Positions 9,430 to 19,088 of a DNA stretch of 64,000 nucleotides are shown piece by piece. Under the pieces are notes generated by a model that saw nothing but the letters and a program-made list of their open reading frames with translations, was not told the origin of the DNA and ran no database searches. The position numbers were made by a program, and so were the translations under genes. Source of the stretch: a bacterium (GTDB lineage: Bacteria > JAAXHH01); the NCBI GenBank assembly GCA_963665755.1, contig OY762445.1, forward strand, positions 3,686,590-3,750,589. The letters run 5' to 3'. The first letter of the stretch is position 1. Each line of letters begins with the position of its first letter.

Positions 9430-10746
9430 ATGAACGTGCGCTCGATTACCCGCCATTTCCCGCTGGTTCTGATCCTGGCCGTGGTCGTGGCAGGTCGTCC
9501 GGTTCTCGGACAGCAGTTGGTGGACTATGTCGTGGCCGTCGTGGACAATGAGATCATTCTCTATTCCGACGTGGTTGAAGCGGTAAAGATGTATAGAATG
9601 CAACAACCGGAGCAGGAACCCGAAGACCTCCCGGGTCATATGCTGGACGACATGATCGATACGCGCGTCGTGCTCGCCTATGCGCGCCGGGACAGTGTCA
9701 GGGTACCCGCCGAACAGATAAACGGCGCGGTCCGCCAGATCATCGACCAGTACACGGAACAACTCGGTTCCGATGAAGCGCTGGAACAACTGGTGACGAA
9801 TTCCGGAATGACCATGCGGGACTGGAACCGGCTGCTCAGGCGGCAGAAGGAGGAGGAACTTCTGCAGCGTAAGCTCGAGGAAGAACGTTTCGGCGAAGTC
9901 CGGGTAACCGGCCTGGAAGTCGCCCGGTACTATGAGACCCATTACGACAGCATTCCGTCGAATCCCGTCAAACTCGACTTGAGCCACATCATGATCTCCT
10001 CACGTCCGGACCCGGAAGTCGTGGCCGCGTTGAATGCACGGACCGAGGAGATCCGGCGCCGCATTACGGACGGGGAGGACTTCGGCGAAATGGCACGGCG
10101 GTATTCGGAAGATCTGAACAGCGCCACGAACGGCGGAGACCTGGGGTTCTTTACACGCGGCACGTTCATGGCCGAATTCGAAGAAGCGGCATTCGCCCTT
10201 GAAACGGGCGAAATCAGCCCCCCGGTGCGGACGGACGTGGGCCTGCATATCATCAAGCTGGAAGAAAGGAAGGAAGACCAGATCCGCGTGCGTCACATTC
10301 TGGTCCAGATTCCGAAGACTGATGAAGACGATCATCGTGCGCTGGAGACGATTTCCGTACTGCGTCAGCGGATCCTCGACGGCGACGAGTCCTTTTCCGA
10401 GGCCGCCACCAAGTACTCGGAAGACCTCGCCTCCGCTTCAGAAGGAGGCCATATCGGTGAGTTCATGCTCGATCAGTTGCTGCCCCAATACCAGGCCGCG
10501 CTGGACACCATATCCGTCAACGAGATGACCGAACCGATCGGGGTGGTGGACCAGGGTAACAGTTCATACCACATCATGATGCTGAACGACCGAACCGGCG
10601 GCGACAAGCTTACCCTGGACGAACATTTCCAGCAAATCACATATCTTGCCAAACAGGCCAAGTGGAATCGGGAAAGGGAACGCTGGCTCGGGGACCTCAG
10701 GCGCGAGTTGTATATCGATGAACGTGGTCTGGAAGCCCTGCCCTGA
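9430..10746 (+). CDS. surA: Chaperone SurA (two parvulin domains)
   Basis: Signal peptide and two parvulin domains (GGDLGFF and GGHIGEF). The architecture is typical of a Gram-negative outer-membrane-protein chaperone. Confidence 0.85.
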   Translation: MNVRSITRHFPLVLILAVVVAGRPVLGQQLVDYVVAVVDNEIILYSDVVEAVKMYRMQQPEQEPEDLPGHMLDDMIDTRVVLAYARRDSVRVPAEQINGAVRQIIDQYTEQLGSDEALEQLVTNSGMTMRDWNRLLRRQKEEELLQRKLEEERFGEVRVTGLEVARYYETHYDSIPSNPVKLDLSHIMISSRPDPEVVAALNARTEEIRRRITDGEDFGEMARRYSEDLNSATNGGDLGFFTRGTFMAEFEEAAFALETGEISPPVRTDVGLHIIKLEERKEDQIRVRHILVQIPKTDEDDHRALETISVLRQRILDGDESFSEAATKYSEDLASASEGGHIGEFMLDQLLPQYQAALDTISVNEMTEPIGVVDQGNSSYHIMMLNDRTGGDKLTLDEHFQQITYLAKQAKWNRERERWLGDLRRELYIDERGLEALP

Positions 10747-10779
10747 GCAGTGATCCCCGGCGCGCGCATACCTGATGAG

Positions 10780-11046
10780 ATGAGAATAGATCAGTTTCTG
10801 AAACGGTCCCGCATCGTCAAACAGCGGGATGCCGCCAAGAAGGCCTGCGACCGGGGCATGGTTACCATCTCCGGAAGATCCGCGAAACCCGGCCACCAGG
10901 TCGCGGCAAAGGACATCGTCGTCGTGGAGTGGCCCGACAGGCGGCTGGAGTTCAAAGTGTTGGACGTTCCGGAAGGGAACGTGTCGAAAGAAAAGGCACA
11001 GTCCCTTTATCACGTACTCAGCGATGAACGACTCAGCGTTGAATAA
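10780..11046 (+). CDS. S4-domain RNA-binding protein (Hsp15/YlmH-like)
   Basis: MRIDQFLKRSRIV... is a typical S4 domain. Start placed at the internal Met. Confidence 0.7.
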   Translation: MRIDQFLKRSRIVKQRDAAKKACDRGMVTISGRSAKPGHQVAAKDIVVVEWPDRRLEFKVLDVPEGNVSKEKAQSLYHVLSDERLSVE

Positions 11047-11130
11047 TCCAGCGATGCGCAATCCAGCGATGAACGACCTGGCGATGCCCAACCCAGCGAT
11101 GAACGACCTGGCGATCATTCTTCAGGGATC
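11040..11130. repeat. Imperfect tandem repeat (about 30 bp x 2.5) of CCAGCGATGAACGACCTGGCGATG
   Basis: Visible directly at 11040-11130, spanning the S4-gene stop and the downstream intergenic spacer. Confidence 0.7.
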
Positions 11131-11166
11131 GAAGCACGATATACGCGCGCCGGGGCGCAGAATCCG

Positions 11167-11949
11167 GTGAGCAAGCACCCGAGGAAAACCCTCCCGGCTG
11201 ATTTCGAGCTTCCCTACAGCGAGTTGGCACAGATATACGATCACGTGATGCGCCACGTGGACTATATCCGGTGGGCCGACTATATCCAATCGGTTTTCAC
11301 ACGGTTCGAGGCGACGCCGAAGGACGTACTCGAACTGGCCTGCGGGACCGGGGCCATGGCGTGTATTCTCGATGACCGCGGATACCGTATGACGGGCATA
11401 GACCGGTCGGAGAGCATGATCGCCGTCGCGAAGCGGAAATCTGTTGATGCGCGCCGGGCCATCCGCTTCCAGGTAGGCGACATGGTCCGCATGCCTGTAT
11501 CGGGATCCTTCGACGCGGCGCTATGCCTGTACGATAGCATCAACTACGTCGTGGACGAGGCGGACATCGCCGCGATGCTGAAGGGGTTGCGCCGTGTTTT
11601 GAGCGCCGGAGGTTTGTTCGTATTCGACGTATGTACGGAGATCAATTCGCGCAGGTACTTCCATAACCAGGTCGACCAGGAGAGCAAAGGGGATTTCTCC
11701 TACGTCCGGCGTTGCGAGTATGTCCCCGAGACGCGCATACAGGTCAACGAATTCCAGTTTACCTTCAACCGCGAAGGAAAACGGTATTCCACCCGGGAAC
11801 GCCACGAGCAACGGATATATCCAGTAGCCCGGCTCAAGGAAATCTGCCAGGAGTCAGATTACCGCGTACTCGGCGCTTTCGACGGATTCAGTTTCGAAGA
11901 AGCGTCGGAGAAATCCAACAGAGTCCATTACGTGGTCCGTCCCGTCTAA
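11167..11949 (+). CDS. Class I SAM-dependent methyltransferase
   Basis: LELACGTG is a glycine-rich SAM-binding motif I. GTG start. Confidence 0.8.
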   Translation: MSKHPRKTLPADFELPYSELAQIYDHVMRHVDYIRWADYIQSVFTRFEATPKDVLELACGTGAMACILDDRGYRMTGIDRSESMIAVAKRKSVDARRAIRFQVGDMVRMPVSGSFDAALCLYDSINYVVDEADIAAMLKGLRRVLSAGGLFVFDVCTEINSRRYFHNQVDQESKGDFSYVRRCEYVPETRIQVNEFQFTFNREGKRYSTRERHEQRIYPVARLKEICQESDYRVLGAFDGFSFEEASEKSNRVHYVVRPV

Positions 11950-11962
11950 CCGAACCTTCCAT

Positions 11963-13216
11963 ATGGCATTCGATCGCGTTGTAGGCCACGACAGACAGCG
12001 GCAGCGGCTCATGAATGCCGTAGCGCAGGACCGCCTGGCCCACGGGTACCTGTTCTGCGGACCGCCGGGCGTTGGCGCCGAAGCGCTGGCCATTGAACTC
12101 GCGTGCGCGGTCAACTGCGAAAGCGGACCCGGGGAACCTTGCGGGCAGTGCCGGCATTGCCGGCGGATTCGCGCGCTTCAGCATCCGGATTTACACCTGC
12201 TGGTGCCTTCCTCATCCGCACCGCCGCCGGACCGTCCATCCGGCCGCGGCGAAGGTACGTCCGGCCGTGGCGACGCCCGGCAGGATCGCAGGATGGGCCT
12301 GGCTTTCCAGTTGGCGGACGACCCCTACGCCGCCCTGCCGTTCGGGCCTAACGACATCCTTTCTGTGGAGGACGTCCGGTCGCTACGTAAAGACGCGTCC
12401 GCCAAGGCCTTCGAAGGACGGAGGAAGGTCGCGGTTATCGTGGCCGCGGACCGGATGAACACCGCGGCTTCGAACGCGCTGCTCAAGACGCTGGAAGAGC
12501 CACCGGGAAGCCTGATGCTCATACTGACCGCATCCCGCTCCCAGCGGCTGCCGCCGACCATCGTGTCACGCTGCCAACCCGTTTTTCTGGCGCGCCTGCG
12601 GGAAGCCGAAGTAAAGGCGGCGCTTGTCGAGCGGTATGACATTGATCCCGAGGAGGCCGGAGATCTCGCCCGCAGGTCTGAAGGCCGCCTTTCCGAGGCA
12701 CTTACGGCGAGATCCGAGCGGGGGGCGGGACTCAGGGAGGAAGCCTTCATTCTGCTTGAATGCATATACGACGCAACACCGCTGCGATTGTTCGAACAGG
12801 TGGAATCGCTTGCCGCCTCGCATCGGGACGAACCGGTCATGGACAGGATCCTGGACCATCTGCTGGCGTTGTACCGCGATCTGTTTATCCTTATCACCAC
12901 AGGCGGTTCCTCCACGCTCTCGTACACCGAACGCGTTGACGCCTTGCGTGCGCTGGTTGCCGGGATGGACCTCGAAGATATCGAGAACGGCATTGCCGTC
13001 ATCGAGGAGGCCAGGCGGGACATCGCGCGTAACGCCCACGTGCAGTTGGCCCTCCTCGTACTTGTCCTCAGACTCAGACTGAAACGGGGATCTGAAGCCT
13101 CGCGCCAGTCGCCTTCGCACCAGTCGCCTTCGCACCAGACGCCTTCGCACCAGACGCCGCCGCGCCGGACGCCTTCCGATGAAACACCACCCCATGGTTT
13201 GTCCGCCTCGGATTGA
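11963..13216 (+). CDS. holB: DNA polymerase III delta-prime subunit, with a C-terminal SPSHQ-type repeat tail
   Basis: AAA+ GPPGVG motif and zinc module CxxC...CxxC (CGQCRHCRR). The C-terminus is encoded by 15-bp tandem repeats (CAGTCGCCTTCGCAC x4 at about 13095-13160) that translate to SPSHQSPSHQTPSHQTP. Confidence 0.85.
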   Translation: MAFDRVVGHDRQRQRLMNAVAQDRLAHGYLFCGPPGVGAEALAIELACAVNCESGPGEPCGQCRHCRRIRALQHPDLHLLVPSSSAPPPDRPSGRGEGTSGRGDARQDRRMGLAFQLADDPYAALPFGPNDILSVEDVRSLRKDASAKAFEGRRKVAVIVAADRMNTAASNALLKTLEEPPGSLMLILTASRSQRLPPTIVSRCQPVFLARLREAEVKAALVERYDIDPEEAGDLARRSEGRLSEALTARSERGAGLREEAFILLECIYDATPLRLFEQVESLAASHRDEPVMDRILDHLLALYRDLFILITTGGSSTLSYTERVDALRALVAGMDLEDIENGIAVIEEARRDIARNAHVQLALLVLVLRLRLKRGSEASRQSPSHQSPSHQTPSHQTPPRRTPSDETPPHGLSASD

Positions 13217-13307
13217 TCCGTTGACAAACCGCCCTCAACACGCTATCCTGATGCTGGAAATCAACAGGGTTCGTCTGGCATAGATCGACTACGCCTGTGA
13301 GGGAGTC

Positions 13308-15371
13308 TTGGCAGAGAAAATACTCGTAACCGACGCGTTGCCCTACGCGAACGGCAAGCTGCACATCGGCCATATCGCCGGCGTTCATCTACCCGGAAAT
13401 ATCTACGTGCGCTACCAACGGCTGAAAGGCCGGGATGTCGTACACGTCAGCGGATCGGACGATCATGGCGTGGCCATCACCCTGGCGGCGGAGAAGGAAG
13501 GCATCACGCCCAAGGAACTCGTCGACAAGTATTATTCGGTCATCAAGGGGGCCCTCGAAGGCTTCGGCATCGTCTACGACAATTTCTCCCAGACTTCCCG
13601 GCCCATCCATCACGAAACGGCCCGGGCCTTCTTCAGCCAGCTGGAAGGAAAAGGCTGTTTCGAAGTGCGGGACGTCGACCAGATCTACTGCCCGGCGAGC
13701 GATCGTTATTTACCCGATCGTTACGTGGAGGGTACGTGCCCCCACTGCGGTTCGGACCGCGCCAGGGGAGATCAGTGCGAAGCCTGCGGCACCATTATCG
13801 ACGCTACGCAATTGATCGATCCCCACAGCGATTACTGCGACGGCCCCCTCGAGGTGCGGCCGGAGAACCACTGGTATTTCAAACTCGCCCGCATGTCTTC
13901 CCGCCTGGAGGAATGGATCGGCACCAAGCAGCACTGGAAAGCCAACGTGCGCAACTACTGCCAGGGCTGGTTCAACGAGGGATTGTCCGATCGGCCCATT
14001 TCCCGCGACCTGGACTGGGGCGTGGCGCTGCCGACGGAGGAAGCGGTGGGCAAGGTCATGTACGTCTGGTTCGAAAACACCCTGGGTTACATATCTTCAA
14101 CCCGGGAATGGGCGGCGGAGCGGGGCGAACCCGACAGGTGGAAGGACTACTGGCTGAATCCGGACTGCAAGCTCGTCAATTTTCTCGGCAAGGACAACAT
14201 CGTCTTTCACGCGATCCTGTGGCCGGCCATGATCATGGAACACGGTGATTTCGTCCTGCCATCGGAGATTCCGGCCAACGAGTTCCTCAACATCGAGGGG
14301 CAGAAACTGTCCACGAGCCGGAACTGGGCGGTCTGGCTCGACGAGTACCTGGCGGTCTTCCCGCCCGATCCCATGCGGTACTGCCTGGCGTCGATTTTGC
14401 CCGAGACGAAGGACGCCGATTTCACCTGGAAGGACTTCCAGGCGCGCAACAACAACGAACTGGCCGATATATTCGGGAATTTCGTGAACCGCACGCTGAC
14501 TTTCATCAACCGGTATTTCGACGGCGTGATCCCGGAGCCGGGAACCTTTTCGCCGGATGACCGGGAGATGCTGTCGACCGTTTCCGGTGCTTCCGACCGG
14601 ATAGGCGAGTGCTTCGAAAATTTCCAGGTAAGGCGGGCCGTCCGTGAACTGATCGCCCTCGGCAATCGTTCCAACCGGTACTTCAACGACCAGGCACCCT
14701 GGAATACCCGGAAGACCGACCGGGCCCGTTGCGCCGCCACGCTCCACGTGTGCGTGCAGGCGGTCAGGGTCCTCGCGCTGGTCATGTCGCCCATCCTGCC
14801 GTTCAGCGCCGAAAGACTGTGGAAGATGGCGGGCCTGGAAGGCCGCGCCGATGAGCAGAATTGGGATGAAATAGATATCGATGCGTCGCTGTCCGGCCGG
14901 ACTATTGGCAAGGTCGAAATCCTGTTCCCCAAGATCGAGGACGATGAGATCGACGCGCAGATCGCGAAACTGGGTAAGTCCGACGCCCGGGGTGACGGGG
15001 AAACGGAATCCGAGGGGCCGGAATCCGCCGGAACGGACATTAACGAGTTCATATCATTCGACGCGTTCCGCCAGATCGATTTACGCATCGCGGAAGTCGT
15101 GGCGGCCGAGCCGGTTCCCGGTACGGACCGCCTGCTCAGGCTGCAACTGCGCATCGGAGAGGACGAGAGGCAGATCGTGGCCGGCATCGCCCCGAAATAT
15201 ACGCCGGAGGCGCTGGTCGGGCGCCAGATCGTGGTGGTGGCGAACCTGGAGCCCGCGAACATCCGGGGCGTGGAATCCAGGGGCATGCTGCTCGCGGCCG
15301 AAGACGACGACGGCGCGCCCATACTCCTCGGTCCGGATGTCCGCGTTCAATCCGGCTCGCAGGTAAGCTGA
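13308..15371 (+). CDS. metG: Methionine--tRNA ligase with a C-terminal tRNA-binding (EMAP-like) domain
   Basis: HIGH motif (LHIGHIAG), KMSKS-type motif (GQKLSTSRN), a zinc knuckle (CPHCGS...CEACG), and a C-terminal OB-fold tRNA-binding domain. TTG start preceded by an SD-like GGGAG. Confidence 0.93.
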   Translation: MAEKILVTDALPYANGKLHIGHIAGVHLPGNIYVRYQRLKGRDVVHVSGSDDHGVAITLAAEKEGITPKELVDKYYSVIKGALEGFGIVYDNFSQTSRPIHHETARAFFSQLEGKGCFEVRDVDQIYCPASDRYLPDRYVEGTCPHCGSDRARGDQCEACGTIIDATQLIDPHSDYCDGPLEVRPENHWYFKLARMSSRLEEWIGTKQHWKANVRNYCQGWFNEGLSDRPISRDLDWGVALPTEEAVGKVMYVWFENTLGYISSTREWAAERGEPDRWKDYWLNPDCKLVNFLGKDNIVFHAILWPAMIMEHGDFVLPSEIPANEFLNIEGQKLSTSRNWAVWLDEYLAVFPPDPMRYCLASILPETKDADFTWKDFQARNNNELADIFGNFVNRTLTFINRYFDGVIPEPGTFSPDDREMLSTVSGASDRIGECFENFQVRRAVRELIALGNRSNRYFNDQAPWNTRKTDRARCAATLHVCVQAVRVLALVMSPILPFSAERLWKMAGLEGRADEQNWDEIDIDASLSGRTIGKVEILFPKIEDDEIDAQIAKLGKSDARGDGETESEGPESAGTDINEFISFDAFRQIDLRIAEVVAAEPVPGTDRLLRLQLRIGEDERQIVAGIAPKYTPEALVGRQIVVVANLEPANIRGVESRGMLLAAEDDDGAPILLGPDVRVQSGSQVS

Positions 15372-15443
15372 GGCCCGGCACGCCGGTCCCGGCCGACCGC
15401 CCGGAACGGATATCACACGGTAAACCCGCAACCAAACGCTGCC

Positions 15444-16208
15444 TTGCTGTTCGATACCCATACCCATCTCACGGCTGAAGCATTCGACCATGACCGCGAT
15501 GACGTGATCCAACGTGCGCTCGACGCGGGCGTGGATGGCATGATCGCCGTAGGGTACGATCTGGACAGCAGCAGGGCCGCCGTGGCCCTCGCCGAGCGAT
15601 GCGATTCCGTGTACGCCGCCGCGGGCATTCATCCCTGCCACGTCCACGAGGCGCACGAAGCGGACTACCGGGAAATCGAGAAACTGCTGGAACATCCTTC
15701 TGTCGTCGGCGTGGGCGAAACCGGCATCGACCTGTATCACGACCGGTCCACGGGGCCACGGCAGCGGGCGTCGTTCAGAAGGCACATGGAATGGGGCCGG
15801 AGCACCGGCCTGCCGGTCATCATACACGACCGGGACGCCCATGCCGAAGTCATGGGCGTGCTGGAAGAGTTCCCCGGCGACGAAACGACCGCGATCCTGC
15901 ACTGCTTCACCGGGGACGCCGCCATGGCCGAAAAGGCCGTTTCCATGGGGTGTTTCCTGGGATTCGGCGGGATCGCCACGTTCAAGAATTCGACGGTCGG
16001 CGAGGTGGCCTCCGGGTTGCCGAAGGATTGCATCCTGATCGAAACGGACGCGCCTTACCTTGCGCCCGTGCCCCACCGTGGACGCCGGAACGAACCGTCC
16101 TACCTCGTAAACACGGCCGAAGCGGTTGCCCGTCACCGCGCCGTGACCAAGGATGAACTGGCGCGGACTACAACCCATAACGCGAAAAAGGTGTTTCGAA
16201 TCCATTGA
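15444..16208 (+). CDS. tatD: TatD-family metal-dependent DNase/hydrolase
   Basis: DTHTHL start motif with conserved His/Asp ligands across the sequence. Sits in the conserved metG-tatD-rsmA arrangement. Confidence 0.88.
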   Translation: MLFDTHTHLTAEAFDHDRDDVIQRALDAGVDGMIAVGYDLDSSRAAVALAERCDSVYAAAGIHPCHVHEAHEADYREIEKLLEHPSVVGVGETGIDLYHDRSTGPRQRASFRRHMEWGRSTGLPVIIHDRDAHAEVMGVLEEFPGDETTAILHCFTGDAAMAEKAVSMGCFLGFGGIATFKNSTVGEVASGLPKDCILIETDAPYLAPVPHRGRRNEPSYLVNTAEAVARHRAVTKDELARTTTHNAKKVFRIH

Positions 16209-17077
16209 GCACGGTACTCGATCCTCCCGATGATCTGCTGGCCAGCCTGCGCAGATCGGGTTTCCGCCCATCACGGTCGAGGGGCCAGCACTTCCTGAAC
16301 GATTCGTCCATCGCCCGCCGGATCGTCGAGGCGGCGGGAGTCACGCGGCACACGCCCGTCCTTGAAATAGGACCGGGGGCCGGTGCGTTGACGCGGCACC
16401 TCGTCAACCGGGCCCGCGGAGTAACCGCCGTGGAAATCGATGCCGAACTGGCACGGGTCCTTCAGACGGCCTATGGAGGCTACGACCACCTGACCATCAT
16501 GAACCGGGACGTGCTCGATCTGGACCTGTCCGAACTGATGAATGCGTACGGCGAACCCGGGTTCGTGCTCGTGGCCAATCTGCCCTACGGAATCACGGGA
16601 CCCGTCCTTGAACGGCTGATCGACCATCGAGACAAGATCAGGCGCGCGGTGCTCATGGTTCAGCACGAAGTAGGTGGTCGACTGGCGGCGCATCCGGGTA
16701 CGAAAGCCTATGGCGCGGTAACCGCCATCATGGCATACCATTACGGGGTGGAATCGCTGTTCCGCGTGGGCGGCGATCGATTCGTTCCCCGCCCGTCCGT
16801 GGATTCGGTCGTCCTCCGGTTGACGCCTCACGAACGCCCTCCCGTCTCGGTCAGGGACGCCGGCTTGTTGATTGCCGTGATCAAGGCGGCCTTTCAACAT
16901 CGACGCAAGATGCTGCACCACGCAATGAATCGACTGGTTCCCGGTTCCGCCGGCTATCTAACGGATCATACCGGGATAAACCTGAAACGACGCGGGGAAA
17001 CCCTGGACCTGAACGAGTTCGCGGCGCTCGCCAATGCGCTCTGTGAATACAGGAATAACCGCGAAGACGAAACCTGA
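16205..17077 (+). CDS. rsmA: 16S rRNA (adenine1518/1519-N6)-dimethyltransferase
   Basis: GQHFL and NLPY motifs. The 4-nt overlap with the tatD stop indicates translational coupling. Confidence 0.9.
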   Translation: MSTVLDPPDDLLASLRRSGFRPSRSRGQHFLNDSSIARRIVEAAGVTRHTPVLEIGPGAGALTRHLVNRARGVTAVEIDAELARVLQTAYGGYDHLTIMNRDVLDLDLSELMNAYGEPGFVLVANLPYGITGPVLERLIDHRDKIRRAVLMVQHEVGGRLAAHPGTKAYGAVTAIMAYHYGVESLFRVGGDRFVPRPSVDSVVLRLTPHERPPVSVRDAGLLIAVIKAAFQHRRKMLHHAMNRLVPGSAGYLTDHTGINLKRRGETLDLNEFAALANALCEYRNNREDET

Positions 17078-17087
17078 CGGACTCACC

Positions 17088-18314
17088 ATGCGTTTCCGCT
17101 ATTCACGTACTGCCAGAACGCGGTTGATGGACAGGAAGAAGCAACGGCGGGCCTACCTCCTGTACGCCGTGCTGGGGTCGACCGCATTCGTCCTCCTGGC
17201 CTTCGCCACGTTGATCGCGCTGTATCAAGAGCGGGCGAGGTCGATCGTGGACTGGCTGCTGGACCGGCCCATCGCGGTTGCCTCGTCCGAATACGAACGC
17301 ACGGCCGCCTGGAAATCCGGCCAACAGGCTTACCAGACTTTGGATACGGCCCTCTACGGTGCGTTCCTGAACCTGCAGGTCGCGCCGGGCAGGACACGGG
17401 AAACGAAACCGCGCGCTCCGTTGGGCGGCGGCCGTTGGACGCCCGTAGAGCGCAGAATCACCGTTTCGGGCGCCTATTCGCTTACGGAGTGCAATCTCGA
17501 GATCGCCAGTGCGGTCACACGGGTGGGCGGTACGGTCATTCGCGCGGAGGAACGGTCAAGGTCCGGGGAATTGTCGCTCGAGATCGGCCACGGCGGCATG
17601 GTTACGCATCGCCTGCACGTCACCCGCGACCCGAACCTCCAGCAAAAAACGGGCCGTATGGCGGTCGTAATCGCCTATTCGGATGGCAATCACCGGGAAG
17701 TGGTCGAGAAACTGTCGGAGTTCACCCGTCCCATCACCTTCGCCCTGCTGCCCTGGGCGGACGGAGTGGACGATATCGCCTCCGAGATCACGGGCGGCGA
17801 TCACGAGGTGATTGCGCTACTGCCCATTCAACCGAAGTCTTTCACCCGGAATATCCCGCGGCGGAGATCTGTGCTGTCAGCTCATTCGGAACCGGCCAAC
17901 CGCCGCATCGTGAAAGACGCCCTCGCATCCCTTCCCAAGGCCCGGGGTGCGCTGCGGTACCCTGTCGGCCGCGTAGACCTGGATGCCGAGGTGCTGGCCC
18001 CCGTGCTGGACGAACTGGGCGAGCGGGACTGGTATTTTCTGGACAACCCGGGTACCGCGGACGCTTCGGGCGGGCCGGATGATCGGAACGGCCGCGGCCG
18101 GCTTCGGGTCTGGGGCGTAATCGATTCCGTCTACAACCCCGCAGTCATTTCAATGAACCTTGACCACGCGTCCCTTTCCGCGCTGGACAACACGCGCGCC
18201 ATCGTCATTGCCGATGCCAGGCCCCATGCCCTCCAGGTGCTGGAAAATCGGATGGCGCATCTTGAATTCAGAGGTATAGAGTTCGTAACGGTTTCCGACC
18301 TCGTGGACAACTGA
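17088..18314 (+). CDS. Divergent polysaccharide deacetylase family protein (YibQ-like) with an N-terminal transmembrane anchor
   Basis: N-terminal transmembrane helix followed by a YibQ-like domain. Start placed at the second Met to avoid overlapping rsmA. Confidence 0.55.
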   Translation: MRFRYSRTARTRLMDRKKQRRAYLLYAVLGSTAFVLLAFATLIALYQERARSIVDWLLDRPIAVASSEYERTAAWKSGQQAYQTLDTALYGAFLNLQVAPGRTRETKPRAPLGGGRWTPVERRITVSGAYSLTECNLEIASAVTRVGGTVIRAEERSRSGELSLEIGHGGMVTHRLHVTRDPNLQQKTGRMAVVIAYSDGNHREVVEKLSEFTRPITFALLPWADGVDDIASEITGGDHEVIALLPIQPKSFTRNIPRRRSVLSAHSEPANRRIVKDALASLPKARGALRYPVGRVDLDAEVLAPVLDELGERDWYFLDNPGTADASGGPDDRNGRGRLRVWGVIDSVYNPAVISMNLDHASLSALDNTRAIVIADARPHALQVLENRMAHLEFRGIEFVTVSDLVDN

Positions 18315-18329
18315 CACCGGAGTTTCCCC

Positions 18330-19088
18330 ATGGTAAAACTGAGTATATGCGTAGACCAGGTCGCCGCCTTGCGGAACATCGCGAACCGGGGAGAACCCGA
18401 TCCCATGACCGCGGTCATGATGTCCCAGGTGAGTGGGGCGGACGCCGTAACGATCTCGTGGCCGTCCGACGCATCGCTCTACCAGCGCGGGGAGTACGAC
18501 ATCGTCAGGCAACTCGTGCACACGCACCTGAACGTGATCGCGCCGCCGGACCTGGAACTCCTGCAGAGTATCTTGACGATTTCTCCCGATATGGTTACCC
18601 TTGTTCCCGAGGGTTACGGGCATGCCGGTCTGAACAACGACTGGTTCGACTCGTCCTGGCCCGAAGCCGATACCCTGGAACGGCCGATGGAACGCATGAC
18701 AAAGGCCCTGCAGGATAACCGGATCCTGACGAATATACTGATCAGGCCCACCGCGACGCACGTCCGGCAATGCGCCGAAATCAAGGCGGACTACGTACAT
18801 ATCGACGCAAGCGGTTACATTCAGGCCGCCGATCCCGAAGAGCGGGGCCGCATTTACCAGGAAATGGCTGGCGTGGCCAAAACCGCGGCGCGGTTGAACA
18901 TGGGCGTATCCGTCGGACGCGGTGTCGAATACCGGACGGCGGCGGAACTGGCGGGCATCGCGGAGGTGGAGGAAATGGTGGTGGGCTATGCCGTTGCCGT
19001 GCGGGCGATGACCGTGGGATACGAGCGGGCAGTCCGCGACCTGGTCGACATCATCCGCCATGCGCCAGGATCCCAGGGGGACTGGTAG
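18330..19088 (+). CDS. pdxJ: Pyridoxine 5'-phosphate synthase
   Basis: 252 aa, PdxJ TIM-barrel family; N-terminal xLxIxVDxVAxLRN motif. Confidence 0.82.
   Translation: MVKLSICVDQVAALRNIANRGEPDPMTAVMMSQVSGADAVTISWPSDASLYQRGEYDIVRQLVHTHLNVIAPPDLELLQSILTISPDMVTLVPEGYGHAGLNNDWFDSSWPEADTLERPMERMTKALQDNRILTNILIRPTATHVRQCAEIKADYVHIDASGYIQAADPEERGRIYQEMAGVAKTAARLNMGVSVGRGVEYRTAAELAGIAEVEEMVVGYAVAVRAMTVGYERAVRDLVDIIRHAPGSQGDW

Noticed and set aside
12325-13227. 300-aa minus-strand ORF, and a similar long antisense ORF at 14207-15322
   Set aside because: Antisense to holB and metG respectively. Ser/Arg/Ala-rich composition typical of GC-rich antisense frames.
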